Source: Thermoproteota archaeon (lineage in GTDB: Archaea; Korarchaeota; Korarchaeia; Korarchaeales; Korarchaeaceae). Taken from it: DNA of 64,000 nucleotides. A program made the position numbers and the translations under genes. The notes under the pieces were generated by a model. The model was not told where the DNA came from, did no database searches, and was given only the letters and a program-made list of their open reading frames with translations. Below are positions 19,198-29,169 of this stretch, one piece after another. The DNA is taken from assembly GCA_027491415.1 (NCBI GenBank), contig JAOZFH010000018.1, forward strand, positions 1 to 64,000, in the 5' to 3' direction. Each line of letters begins with the position of its first letter. Position 1 is the stretch's first letter.

Positions 19198-20904
19198 ATG
19201 TCTGAGACCCCGACCCTGTTCGTAAGGAGGGCTTCAGGGCTGGTCAGGACAGTGGGTCCCTTCACGGCCTTCATGATAGTCTTCACACACACCGTCGGCG
19301 GAGGAATACACAGGCTCGCCGTAATCGCCGCCTACCAGCACCCCGACGCCTTCGTGCCCTTCTCGTTCCTGGTTACGGGCATCCTCGCCATGATTCCGAC
19401 CGCCCTCGTCTACACCATGCTGGGCTCCATGATGCCCAGGACCGGCGGAGACTACATCTTCATCACCAGGGGCTTGAGCCCCGCCCTGGGCTTCTTGGCC
19501 TCTTGGGGATTCTGGTTCACCGAGGTGCTGAGCTACGGAATCATAGCTTGGTATAGCATTGACTTCTTCGTCAGCGCGGCCACCGCGGCTGGAGTCGCTC
19601 TGAAGAGCGAGGCATGGCTCTCTAGGGCCCAGTGGATGGCGAGTACTGAGGGGCACTGGGTTCTGGGTCTGCTGTTCGTCATAGTGTTCGGCGCCATAGC
19701 CCTCTTCGGAATGAAGATCTACGGGTGGATCATCAACATCCTAGGGATCATTGCGATAATTGGGTGCCTCAGCAATCTGCTCATCTTGGGAGCCTGGGGT
19801 AACAACACCGTCGCCGGTTGGAACTCCATCTACGGCCAGGGCGCCTATCAGAAGATAGTCGAGGAGGCGTTTAAGCTGGGCATCCAGAATGGCGATCTGC
19901 CCGTGGCTGCCTTCAGCTGGGGCGGCACGATGAAGGCCAGCATAGGGGCCATCTGGGCATACATAGGAATCGTCTCAGCGGTCTTCGTCGGTGGCGAGCT
20001 TAAGTCTCCAGCCATGTCGCTCCTCGTGGCTCAGGTCGTTGGCACGCTTGTGATCATGGCCTACTACATAGCCCTGCCGTTCATGGTGTACGGCGCCTGG
20101 AAGGTGCCTGAGCAGTACATACCCGCCGATGGCCTCGCCTACCTCAGGGCCAACAACATCCCAACTGACAGAGTGTACTTCACCGCGCTCTACGCCTACC
20201 TGAAGGGGAAGCTAGGCGCCGACGGAGTGGCTCAGCTGCTCGGCGTACCCTCGAGCTGGCTCCTGCCCGAGAGGGTGATAACCAGCTTCACCATCCCGCT
20301 CGTGCCGAAGGGCATGGAGTGGCTCCAGGTGCTCAACGGCACCATAGTCGGCATCATCCTGCTGAAGGACATCCCGGCGTTCTTCGTCGTCGCCAGCAGG
20401 ATGGTCTTCGCCTGGGCGTTCGACAGGTTCTTCCCGGAGGTCTTCGCCTCGGTCAACGAGCAGTTCCACAGCCCGCACTGGGCCATCATCCTCACCATGA
20501 TAGGGGGCATCGTGGGCGTCTGGCTCACCGCCCAGGGAGACTGGGCCGCTGCGGCGGACACGACCAACCTGTACCAGTTCGCCGTCATGATGGCCTCGCT
20601 GGCTGCCGCGGTCCTGCCGTTCCTCAGGTCCGACCTCTACGAGAAGGCGCCGTACAAGTGGGAGATAGGCGGAGTCCCCTTGCTCAGCATCATCGGAGCC
20701 TATGCATTTGCGGTGAACTTCTTCTTCTTCTTCGTGGCCACTCACGAGATCTTCTACTACTTCGGCGGCTTCAGGCTGATGATCGCGCTGCATCAGGCCT
20801 TCTGGATGGGCCTTGGCGCCTTCATCTTCATGGGCTTCTTGGCCTACAACCAGAGGCGCGGCATCGACGTGAGGACCATCTACACGGAGATCCCGCCCGC
20901 CTGA
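19198..20904 (+). CDS. APC superfamily amino acid/polyamine permease
   Basis: LFVRRASGLVR, MPRTGGDYIF, SRMVFAWAFDR, C-terminal IYTEIPP; about 12 TM. Confidence 0.93.
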   Translation: MSETPTLFVRRASGLVRTVGPFTAFMIVFTHTVGGGIHRLAVIAAYQHPDAFVPFSFLVTGILAMIPTALVYTMLGSMMPRTGGDYIFITRGLSPALGFLASWGFWFTEVLSYGIIAWYSIDFFVSAATAAGVALKSEAWLSRAQWMASTEGHWVLGLLFVIVFGAIALFGMKIYGWIINILGIIAIIGCLSNLLILGAWGNNTVAGWNSIYGQGAYQKIVEEAFKLGIQNGDLPVAAFSWGGTMKASIGAIWAYIGIVSAVFVGGELKSPAMSLLVAQVVGTLVIMAYYIALPFMVYGAWKVPEQYIPADGLAYLRANNIPTDRVYFTALYAYLKGKLGADGVAQLLGVPSSWLLPERVITSFTIPLVPKGMEWLQVLNGTIVGIILLKDIPAFFVVASRMVFAWAFDRFFPEVFASVNEQFHSPHWAIILTMIGGIVGVWLTAQGDWAAAADTTNLYQFAVMMASLAAAVLPFLRSDLYEKAPYKWEIGGVPLLSIIGAYAFAVNFFFFFVATHEIFYYFGGFRLMIALHQAFWMGLGAFIFMGFLAYNQRRGIDVRTIYTEIPPA

Positions 20905-20909
20905 GGGGC

Positions 20910-20932
20910 CCTCCCCCTCCTTTCCCTTTTTG
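20910..20932 (+). terminator. Pyrimidine-rich, T-tract terminator-like sequence after the APC gene
   Basis: CCTCCCCCTCCTTTCCCTTTTTG directly after the stop codon. Confidence 0.45.
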
Positions 20933-21014
20933 GCTCTCTCAGGTGCCTTAAGTGGGTGGTTTGACCTCCTGATTTGCTCCTCCCAGAGTTCAACCTTTAT
21001 TTGGGTCGTGACTC

Positions 21015-22019
21015 ATGTCATGGTCCGACAGTGAGAGGTGGTTTCTGTTGGAGAGTTTCAGGATATTCTTCTCGGCGGACACCCACGGGAACACCGTGGT
21101 CTGGAGGAAGTGGCTCAGCGCCGTGCAGGTCTACAAGGCCGACGTGCTGATCTTCGCCGGAGACCTCACCGGCAAGGCTATTGTCCCCGTCTTCGACTAC
21201 GGTGACCACTACGAGGCCGAGGTGCTGGGGCAGAAGAGGAAGGCGAAGACCAGGGATGAGCTCCAGAAGCTCCTAGACTTCATCGAGGGCCTGAGCTACT
21301 ACTACATTGTGGCCACCCCGGACGAGATCCAGGAGATAGCCGCAGATCCCAAGAAGCAGGCGGAACTGTTCGAGAGGCTGATGAAAGAGAGGATGAAGAA
21401 GTGGCTTGACCTCATCATTGAGAAGCTGAACCTAAACGAGGTGCTCCCCATCGTAATGCCTGGGAACGACGACGAGCAGTACATAGACGAGATAATCAAG
21501 TCCTACGAGGACAGGGGCATCGTCTACCCCCTGGATAAGGTTGTGGAGATTCCCCTGGGCTACGCGATCGTGAGCCACGAGTACGTCAATCCCACCCCCT
21601 GGAACACGCCTAGGGAGGCCCCTGAGCCCAAGCTGAAGAAGATGCTTGAGAAGAAGATCAAGTGGGCAATGGACAAGGGCTACACCGACTTCGACAAGAT
21701 AATCTTCAACTTCCACTGCCCGCCCTGGAACACGAAGCTCGACCTGGCGCCCAAGCTCACGAAGGACCTCAAGCCAGTCTACATCGGCGGCAAGCCCGTG
21801 ATGGTTCACGTGGGATCCAAGGCGGTCAGGGAGGTCATAGAGAAGTACCAGCCCATCCTGGGCCTGCACGGACACATCCACGAAAGCTACGCCAGCGACA
21901 AGATCGGCAGGACCGTGGTGCTCAACCCCGGGAGCGAGTACAGCGAGGGCATCCTGAGGGGCTTCGTGGTGGAGCTCACCGAGGAGGGCCTCAAGAACTG
22001 GTGGAAGATCGAGGGCTGA
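21015..22019 (+). CDS. Icc-like metallophosphoesterase
   Basis: ADTHG, AGDLTGK, PGNDD, FHCPP, LHGHIHES, NPGSEY. Confidence 0.9.
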   Translation: MSWSDSERWFLLESFRIFFSADTHGNTVVWRKWLSAVQVYKADVLIFAGDLTGKAIVPVFDYGDHYEAEVLGQKRKAKTRDELQKLLDFIEGLSYYYIVATPDEIQEIAADPKKQAELFERLMKERMKKWLDLIIEKLNLNEVLPIVMPGNDDEQYIDEIIKSYEDRGIVYPLDKVVEIPLGYAIVSHEYVNPTPWNTPREAPEPKLKKMLEKKIKWAMDKGYTDFDKIIFNFHCPPWNTKLDLAPKLTKDLKPVYIGGKPVMVHVGSKAVREVIEKYQPILGLHGHIHESYASDKIGRTVVLNPGSEYSEGILRGFVVELTEEGLKNWWKIEG

Positions 22020-22035
22020 ACCCAGGGGTGCCCGC

Positions 22036-22878
22036 ATGACCGAGGGTCACGAGGGAATCCACTTCGTCGAGCTGGATCCGGAGAAGTTCGTTCAGGAGTG
22101 CGTCGACATAATCAAGAGGGCCCAGGATAGGGGCATCGTCATCAGGATCCTCGGCGCGATGGCCGTCTACTTACACACCCAAGACAACCCCCGCGCCAGG
22201 GAGATACACCAGACCAGGTTCGGGGCCGGAGCGCCGATGTTCACCGACCTAGACGTCATGGCCTACAAGAAGCAGAAGAAGAAGATCAAGGAGTTCTTCG
22301 AGAAGGAGCTGAGGTTCCTCCCCGACAAGATGATCAACGCCCTGTTCGGAGACAGGAGGCTGATCTACTACCACCCGGAGGGGAAGTACCACGTCGATGT
22401 CTTCTTCGACAAGCTGGAGTTCAGCCACGACGTCCCGTTCGGGAAGAAGCCCGGCGAGGGGAGGCTCGAGCTGAGCTTCCCCGCCATCTCCCCGACTGAC
22501 GTGGTGCTCGAGAAGCTCCAGATCCACGAGATCAACCCCAAGGACCTCGTCGATCTGATCGTCCTATTCCTGACGCACGAGATCGCGGATGAGGAGGGGG
22601 AGGGCAAGATCAACGGCAAGTACATCGCCCAGCTCCTGGCGGAGGACTGGGGCTTCTGGTACGACGCCGTGAACAACCTGAACCTGGTCAAGAAGTACGC
22701 CGACCAGATGGTGGGGGAGGGTAGGCTGAAGCCCGAGGAGAGAGATCTCGTTGCCCAGAAGGTGGATCGACTTCTCGGGAAGATAGAGGCGGAACCGAAG
22801 TCCAAGAAGTGGCAGAAGAGGGCCAAGACGGGCACCAAGAAGAAGTGGTGGCGCGACGTCGAGGAGGTCGTGAGGTAG
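22036..22878 (+). CDS. Uncharacterised nucleotidyltransferase-fold protein
   Basis: LGAMAV, TDLDV, HVDVF, LEKLQI..NPKDLVD, consistent with a pol-beta/AbiEii-like NTase motif set. Confidence 0.7.
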   Translation: MTEGHEGIHFVELDPEKFVQECVDIIKRAQDRGIVIRILGAMAVYLHTQDNPRAREIHQTRFGAGAPMFTDLDVMAYKKQKKKIKEFFEKELRFLPDKMINALFGDRRLIYYHPEGKYHVDVFFDKLEFSHDVPFGKKPGEGRLELSFPAISPTDVVLEKLQIHEINPKDLVDLIVLFLTHEIADEEGEGKINGKYIAQLLAEDWGFWYDAVNNLNLVKKYADQMVGEGRLKPEERDLVAQKVDRLLGKIEAEPKSKKWQKRAKTGTKKKWWRDVEEVVR

Positions 22879-22924
22879 ACCTCCCCACCCAAACTATTTG
22901 AGGAGCCACCCGCAGGCCCGGGTG

Positions 22925-24310
22925 ATGCCAGACGTCGAGTGGCTCGTTGAGAGGGCCGAGTCTCTGGGGGCTGAGTTCGCGGAGGTCAGGTGGCAGAGGG
23001 TCGAGAGCACGCGACTCGTGGTCGTTGACGGCACGCTGAGGGAGCTCAACACCGGCGTCCGCGAGGGCTTCGGCATCAGGGCATTTGTGGGCGGAGCCTG
23101 GGGTTTCTCCACCGTCCACGGCGGAGACGAGTCCGCCGCCATGAGGGCCGTCGAGGAGGCCGTCAGGCTGGCCTCAGCCGCCTCCAAGCTGAAGTCCGAG
23201 AGCTTCAAGATGGGAGGCGAACCGAGCTCGGGCACGTGGGAGACCCGCGCCCGGATGGACCCGAGGGAGGTGGACATATCCCGGAAGATCGACTTCACGA
23301 TGGAGCTGAACGACTCAGCCAGGGCCGTCGACCAGAGGGTCAAGAACGTGAACGCGGCATACGTCGACACGGTCTCTGAGGAGAGGATAGCGAACACGCT
23401 GGGGACTCGAGTGTCCCAGGAAATCGTCAGGACGCGGGCAGCCGTTCAGATCTTTGCCCACGAGGCCGGGACGACCGAGAGGGCGTTTGAAAGCGTCGGC
23501 GGACTCGGAGGCTTTGAGATGGTTCAGACCGACAAGGCCTTGGCCATGGGGGAGGAGGCCGCCAGGCGCGCCGTCGACCTCCTCTCGGCCAAGTCGGCTC
23601 CGGCCGGTCCGTTCAAGGCCATACTGGACCCCAAGCTTGCGGGGGTCTTCATCCACGAGGCGTTTGGCCACGCCTGCGAGGCCGACGAGGTTCTGGCGAA
23701 GATGAGCATCCTCGAGGGGAGGATAGGCGAGAGGGTCGGCAGGGAGATCGTGAACGTGTCAGACGACCCGACCCTACCGGGCCTGTACGGTTCCTACGCG
23801 TTCGACTCCGAGGGTTCCCGCGCGAGGAAGAAGCACCTAGTCAGGGAGGGGGTGCTGACTTCATTCATGCACAACCTGGAGACGGCCAGCCGAATGGGCA
23901 CGGTCAGCACCGGCAACGGGAGGGCCACGGACTACTCCCACCCGCCCATAGTCCGGATGAGCAACACGTTCATAGAGCCCGGGGACTGGGGCGTCGAGGA
24001 GATGTTCGCGGAGGTGAGAGACGGGATATACGCCGCGGGCAGCCTCTACGGCTACACCGACCCAGCGAAGGGAGAGTTCGTGTTCAAGGCCGAGGGAGGG
24101 TGGCGCATCAAGAACGGAGAGCGGGTGGAGAGGCTCAGGGAGGTGGCCATAACCGGCACGATCTTGGAGATACTTCACAACATCTCCGCAGTCGGCAGGG
24201 ATCTCCAGTATGACCCAGGCCACTGCGGCAAGTTCGGCCAGTGGGTGCCGGTGACGACCGGGTCTCCACACATACTGGTGGAGCGGGTCGTCTTCGGGGG
24301 CATGAGGTGA
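22925..24310 (+). CDS. tldD: TldD metalloprotease subunit
   Basis: IHEAFGHACEAD (HExxGH), FDSEG, RMSNTFIEPG, CGKFGQWVPV..GSP. Confidence 0.93.
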   Translation: MPDVEWLVERAESLGAEFAEVRWQRVESTRLVVVDGTLRELNTGVREGFGIRAFVGGAWGFSTVHGGDESAAMRAVEEAVRLASAASKLKSESFKMGGEPSSGTWETRARMDPREVDISRKIDFTMELNDSARAVDQRVKNVNAAYVDTVSEERIANTLGTRVSQEIVRTRAAVQIFAHEAGTTERAFESVGGLGGFEMVQTDKALAMGEEAARRAVDLLSAKSAPAGPFKAILDPKLAGVFIHEAFGHACEADEVLAKMSILEGRIGERVGREIVNVSDDPTLPGLYGSYAFDSEGSRARKKHLVREGVLTSFMHNLETASRMGTVSTGNGRATDYSHPPIVRMSNTFIEPGDWGVEEMFAEVRDGIYAAGSLYGYTDPAKGEFVFKAEGGWRIKNGERVERLREVAITGTILEILHNISAVGRDLQYDPGHCGKFGQWVPVTTGSPHILVERVVFGGMR

Positions 24311-24315
24311 TCGGT

Positions 24316-25650
24316 ATGGTGGACCTGCTGAGCGTAGGCGAGGATGTCGTCAGGAGGGCCGCCTCCGAGGGGGCCGAGGAGGCCGAGGCCTTCCTCGTCA
24401 CCGGGAGGAGGATCTCCGTCGAGGTGGAGAAGGGAGAGGTCAAGACCGCCCGCTCCGAGATACTGTCGGGCATAGGCGTCAGGTCGGTCGTTCAGGGGAA
24501 GGTGGGCTTCGCCTACGCCACCAGCCTTTCTGACGCGCTCGATGTGGCTGTCAAGTCCGTAAAGAACGCCCTGGCCAGCAAGCCCGACCCTCACTTCAAG
24601 GGCCTGCCGGAACCCGGCCGCGTGTCTCCAGTAGAGGGTCTGTTTGACCCGCGGGTCGCCGACCTAGACGTGGCAGAGGCCGTGGAGTTCATCGGCGAGA
24701 TGGTGTCCGCGGCAAGTTCCAAGGCCGGAGTCGTGTCGGTCGGCGGCGCCATGAGCGCCTCTTCCCAAGAGGTCGCAGTGGTGAGCAGCCGGGGAGTGAG
24801 CCTCTCCGAGAAGAGGACCTCCACATCTCTCTACGCGTTCGTGGCCGCGAGGGATGGAGACAAGAGCAGCTCTGGCTTCGAGGTCAACTCTGGAAGGTTC
24901 TTGGGGGAGATAAATCCTTCGTGGGTGGGCTTCCAGGCCGGGGAGCTTGCCTCTACCCTCCTCGAGGCCGTCAGAATCGAGACGGGCACGTACCCGATGG
25001 TGATAGACCCGCTGACCATGAGGCCCTTCATAGGCTTCCTGGTCTCTGCGGCGGCGAACGGCGAGAACGTGATGTATGGGAGGAGCTTTCTGGCGGGAAA
25101 GATCGGCCAGACGGTGGCGTCCGAGGGGGTGACCATACTCGACGACGGGACCCTGGCAGGGGGGGAGGGCAGCGCGAGCTTCGACGGGGAGGGCGTTCCG
25201 ACTAGGAGGACCCCGATAGTGGAGAGGGGGGTACTCAGGAACTACATTCACAACACGTATACCGCCGGCAGGATGGGGGTCGAGTCCACAGGAAACGCCT
25301 CCAGGTCCTTCGACTCGCTCCCCGGGGTAGGGTCTCGCAACGTCATCTTGGAGGCACCGGATCTGGAGGTGTCGAACGAAGACCTCTTTGACGTCAAGAG
25401 GGGAGTTCTGCTCAAACTTACGGAGGACAGGCCAAACTTGGCCAACGGAGAGTTCAGCGGAATGGTCTACATGGGCTTCCTCATCGAGAACGGGGAGGTC
25501 ACCACGGGCATCAGGGAGGCCAGCTTCGGGATACACCTCGTCGATCTCCTTAGGGGCATAGACGCGGTTGGCAGGGAAAAGAGGGCTGTGATGGGCACCA
25601 TTTCACCGCCTGTGAGGGTTAGGGAGGTCCGGGTGGCCGGACCCTCCTGA
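24316..25650 (+). CDS. pmbA: PmbA/TldE partner subunit
   Basis: FDGEGVPT, STGNASR, NGEFSG; lacks HExxH; directly follows tldD. Confidence 0.9.
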   Translation: MVDLLSVGEDVVRRAASEGAEEAEAFLVTGRRISVEVEKGEVKTARSEILSGIGVRSVVQGKVGFAYATSLSDALDVAVKSVKNALASKPDPHFKGLPEPGRVSPVEGLFDPRVADLDVAEAVEFIGEMVSAASSKAGVVSVGGAMSASSQEVAVVSSRGVSLSEKRTSTSLYAFVAARDGDKSSSGFEVNSGRFLGEINPSWVGFQAGELASTLLEAVRIETGTYPMVIDPLTMRPFIGFLVSAAANGENVMYGRSFLAGKIGQTVASEGVTILDDGTLAGGEGSASFDGEGVPTRRTPIVERGVLRNYIHNTYTAGRMGVESTGNASRSFDSLPGVGSRNVILEAPDLEVSNEDLFDVKRGVLLKLTEDRPNLANGEFSGMVYMGFLIENGEVTTGIREASFGIHLVDLLRGIDAVGREKRAVMGTISPPVRVREVRVAGPS

Positions 25651-25713
25651 CGCCCTCCCCCTATAACCACCGTTGAGTTTTAATCTGGGGCCTGGTTAAC
25701 ACCGTGATAGGAT

Positions 25714-25947
25714 ATGTTGCTCGAGTCCCACATTCGGATGCTGAGAGAGGTCGCCGAGGCGGGCGAGGATGGTGTTCCAGCGAGCGAGCTCATCCCAAAG
25801 AGGGAGTACAGGGAGTTTGTCCTGAAGTTCCTCTCAAGAAAGGGGTACATCAGGGTCAAGAGGCAGGGCGCCGGTGGGAGGGTCTACATAACCCCCAAGG
25901 GGCTTCGGCTCATCAGGTCTAGGGCCCGATCGGAGAAGAGGGCTTAG
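25714..25947 (+). CDS. Small winged-helix protein
   Basis: LKFLSRKGYI..VYITPKGLRLI wing motif; TTTAAT upstream. Confidence 0.65.
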   Translation: MLLESHIRMLREVAEAGEDGVPASELIPKREYREFVLKFLSRKGYIRVKRQGAGGRVYITPKGLRLIRSRARSEKRA

Positions 25948-25948
25948 G

Positions 25949-26425
25949 TTAAGAACCCGTTACACTGAAGCCGTCTAACCTTCCCTTCTCTTTCTCGACA
26001 ACCTCAATCCGCTCGATCTTGGTGTGAGGGTACTGGCCGCGCTCGTCCTTCTCGTACTTCTTTACCATGTCCCACACCGCCAAGAGCGCCGCGGAGACGC
26101 CGGCGAGGGCCTCCATCTCAACCCCCGTCTTGCCGACGCTCTTCACGATGACCTCCACCTCGACCCCATCGTCTAGCGCCCGGATGTCCACCTCTACCCC
26201 GGTGATGGGGATGGGGTGGCAGAGGGGCACCAGCTCGGGGGTCCTCTTGACAGCCAAGATTGCGGCCACCCTGGCCACCGAGTACACGTCGCCCTTCTCG
26301 ACCTTTCCCTCTCTTATTCTCCTCAGGCTCTCCTCGGTCAGCCTGATGAATCCGCGGGCACGCGCGGCCCTGAACACGTCCCCCTTACCCGTTATGTCCA
26401 CCATCCTAACGTCCAGCGACAACAC
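25949..26425 (-). CDS. moaC: Cyclic pyranopterin monophosphate synthase
   Basis: MVDITGK, KGDV, LVPLCHPI, TGVEMEAL, WDMVK. Confidence 0.96.
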   Translation of the reverse strand: MLSLDVRMVDITGKGDVFRAARARGFIRLTEESLRRIREGKVEKGDVYSVARVAAILAVKRTPELVPLCHPIPITGVEVDIRALDDGVEVEVIVKSVGKTGVEMEALAGVSAALLAVWDMVKKYEKDERGQYPHTKIERIEVVEKEKGRLDGFSVTGS

Positions 26426-27371
26426 CCCCCTCCTCCGCCACCGGAACCACCCACCCGAAGTACGGCTTCCTGAGGGAGACCGCCCTTAGGTATATCTGCC
26501 TGAGTTCCTCGTCGCTGGCCCCCGATCTCATGGAACTAAGGAAGTCCACGGTGTTTTCCTCTAGAAACAGGCACGGCTTGAAGCGGCCGTCGCTTGTTAT
26601 CCTTATCCTTGTGCACCTCGCGCAGAAGTCGGGGTTCCCCATTGGCCCGACCAGCTCCACCTCAACCCCGCCCACGTCGAAGACCAGCCGGTTCTGCATG
26701 TCGTGTCTGATGTGGACGAGCCTACCCCCCAGCCCCTTGACGGTCTCGACGAGCTCCTCGAGCGTGATCCCGTACCTCCTTATTAGGGGGGACTCCGGAT
26801 CGGCATCCTCCAGCTGAATGAGCTGAACCACGGCTCCGACGTCCCTGGCAAGGTCGATGAGTTCGCGCGTCTCATCCTCATTCACGCCTCTCAGGAGGAC
26901 CCTGTTCAGCTTGAGCTGCCTGAACCCGACGGCCGCGGCGGCCTCTACCCCCCGGACGACCTCTCTCAGCATGTCCACCCGTGTTATGGCACGGAACCTC
27001 TCAGGGTACAGGCTGGGGAGACTCACGTTCAGCCTGTCTAGGCCAGCGTCCCTCAGCTCGGCGGCCAGGCCCGCGAGCTTCGACCCGTTGGTCACCATGC
27101 TCAGGTCGGCTATTCCATCCACCTCCGAGATGCGGCGGACTATTTCGACTATGTCGGGTCTGACGGTGGGCTCGCCGCCCGTGAGCTTCACCCTCGAGAC
27201 GCCGGTCTCGGCCAAGATCTTTACGATCCTCCCTATCTCCTCCGCGGTCATCTCTGCGCCGTTGGGTACGTACCCCTCCCTGTGGCAGTAGAAGCAGGAG
27301 AAGTTGCAGGCGCTCGTGACGGATATCCTGACGTTGTGGACCGGTCGATCGAACGGGTCAACCACCCTCAA
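26406..27371 (-). CDS. moaA: GTP 3',8-cyclase (radical SAM)
   Basis: RISVT.ACNFSCFYCHREG, KLTGGEP, FCARCTRIRITSDGRFKPCL. Confidence 0.95.
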   Translation of the reverse strand: MRVVDPFDRPVHNVRISVTSACNFSCFYCHREGYVPNGAEMTAEEIGRIVKILAETGVSRVKLTGGEPTVRPDIVEIVRRISEVDGIADLSMVTNGSKLAGLAAELRDAGLDRLNVSLPSLYPERFRAITRVDMLREVVRGVEAAAAVGFRQLKLNRVLLRGVNEDETRELIDLARDVGAVVQLIQLEDADPESPLIRRYGITLEELVETVKGLGGRLVHIRHDMQNRLVFDVGGVEVELVGPMGNPDFCARCTRIRITSDGRFKPCLFLEENTVDFLSSMRSGASDEELRQIYLRAVSLRKPYFGWVVPVAEEGGVVAGR

Positions 27372-27413
27372 TTCGATCGAAGGCCCGGCTGAGGAGGAGG
27401 TAAAAAACCCACC

Positions 27414-28094
27414 TCAACCCCACGGGGTTCCCTCTTCGACCCATCTGCCGCCCTTTTCGGTGATTTCCTTCTTCCAGATCGGAACCCTGCTCTTAACGGC
27501 GTTAACCACGCGAGCGATCGTCTCGAACGCCTCCTTCCTGTGCTCGGCGGCCACGGCCACCAGCATCACGGGATCTCCCGGCTCCCTCACGCCGAGAGCG
27601 TGGTAGATCGCGACGTCCCTGATCCCCCTTGTCTGGAGCGCCTCCGCCCGGATTAACTCCATCTCCCTGAGGGCCATCTCCTCGTAGGCCTCGTACTCCA
27701 GCCGGCGCACCCTGCCCTCCGGAGAGTGCCCCCTGACCACGCCGACGAACACAACCACGGCCCCAGCCTCCCCGGACTCAGGAGACACCTCCGAAAGCAG
27801 GTCATCCACCGAGGGAAGTTCGTCGAAGAGGCCCACCTTGGGCCCCCCGCCCGACACAGGAGGGAAGACGGCCACCAGATCCCCGTCGCGCAGGGAGTCG
27901 TCAGGCCTCGCGAAGCGTCCGTTGACCGCCACGACGACCCTGCCTTCCTCGAGCCTTGCGACTATGTCGGGGATTAGACCTTCGAGTTTCCTAACTAGGT
28001 CCTTTACCTTCGAACCATCCCCCAGTTCCATATCCAGCTGAGACCTACCGGCAGCCTCCCTGAACGAGGCGAAGAGCCTCACTTGGACCCGCAC
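27414..28094 (-). CDS. moaE: Fused MoaD-MoaE molybdopterin synthase
   Basis: Ubiquitin-like N-terminus ending VAVFPPVSGG, then GAVVVFVGVVR, LEYEAY, HRKEAF, VPIWKKE. Confidence 0.93.
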   Translation of the reverse strand: MRVQVRLFASFREAAGRSQLDMELGDGSKVKDLVRKLEGLIPDIVARLEEGRVVVAVNGRFARPDDSLRDGDLVAVFPPVSGGGPKVGLFDELPSVDDLLSEVSPESGEAGAVVVFVGVVRGHSPEGRVRRLEYEAYEEMALREMELIRAEALQTRGIRDVAIYHALGVREPGDPVMLVAVAAEHRKEAFETIARVVNAVKSRVPIWKKEITEKGGRWVEEGTPWG

Positions 28095-28164
28095 GGGGGT
28101 TCGGAACGGGGGTGGGAAATAAAGCCGTGGCTCTCCTTATAGCCACCCCGGAACGACGTATCCG

Positions 28165-29136
28165 GTGCCTCTACCCCCCGGACCCGTCTACGTGGAGATC
28201 TTGAGGGCAGCCAGCTCGGTTCCCAGGGGGAAGCTGACGACCTTCGGAGAGATAGCGAGGACGCTCGGCGACTACAGGGCGGCCAAGGCGGTGGCCGAGG
28301 TGATTTCGGTCATGGGGAGGGCCTACGGGGTTCCGTGGCATAGGGTAGTGTCGTCGCGGGGCGAGATCCTGCGCGGGGCAGAGGACCCCCTGAGGGAGGA
28401 GGGCGTCGTCGTTAAGGGGGGGAGGGTGGTTGACCTGACTAGAAGGCTCGTAGAAGCCGGAGAACTCGAGGCCAGGCCCATTCTGGCTGAGATGAGAAGA
28501 ACTCAACGGATATTGGCCGAGAGAGTGGTTTTGGAGGACGAGGTCGAGAGGCCAGAGCTCGTTGCGGGGGCCGACGTGGCGTACCGCTGGGAGCGCGACG
28601 AGGGGGGCCTCCCAGTCGAGGTCGCAAGAGGGGCCGTCGTCGTCGTGGACACGGATCTCAGGGTGGTCGACGGGTCTATTCAGATCTCTCCGGCGGTAAT
28701 GCCCTACGTGCCGACCTACCTGGGCTTTCGAGAGTTCCCGGCCCTGGCACGGGCGCTGTCGAGGCTGAGCTTTGACGTGGCAATGATGGACGGCCACGGA
28801 ATTGCGCATCCGGTGTTCTTCGGTGAGGCCAGCCACGTCGGAGTCTGCCTCGACATTCCAGCCCTAGGGGTGGCCAAGCGGAGGCTGGTCGGTAAGATCC
28901 GCGGAGAGGAGCTGATCTACATGACCAGGCAGGTGGGGTGGGCCCTCCCGGTGAAGCCTGAGGGCAGGCCGGTCTACGTCTCTCCCGGCCACAAGGTGTC
29001 CTTGGAGGGCTCTGCCGAGGTAGTCAAGAAGTTCAGGGGAGGAACGAGGATTCCCGCGCCTGTGAGGCTTGCCCACAAGTTAGCTGAGTTTCCCAAGCCG
29101 GGAGAGGGTCGCTTTGGTGAGGCTTCAAGTCTTTAA
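28165..29136 (+). CDS. nfi: Alkyltransferase-like (ATL) domain fused to endonuclease V
   Basis: N-terminal VPRGKLTTFGEIA..PWHRVV; C-terminal GADVAY, PYVPTYLGFRE, DGHGIAHP, GVAK, PVYVSPGH. Confidence 0.9.
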   Translation: MPLPPGPVYVEILRAASSVPRGKLTTFGEIARTLGDYRAAKAVAEVISVMGRAYGVPWHRVVSSRGEILRGAEDPLREEGVVVKGGRVVDLTRRLVEAGELEARPILAEMRRTQRILAERVVLEDEVERPELVAGADVAYRWERDEGGLPVEVARGAVVVVDTDLRVVDGSIQISPAVMPYVPTYLGFREFPALARALSRLSFDVAMMDGHGIAHPVFFGEASHVGVCLDIPALGVAKRRLVGKIRGEELIYMTRQVGWALPVKPEGRPVYVSPGHKVSLEGSAEVVKKFRGGTRIPAPVRLAHKLAEFPKPGEGRFGEASSL

Positions 29137-29169
29137 CGTTTATGCCCGACAGCGCCTCCACGATCCAAT

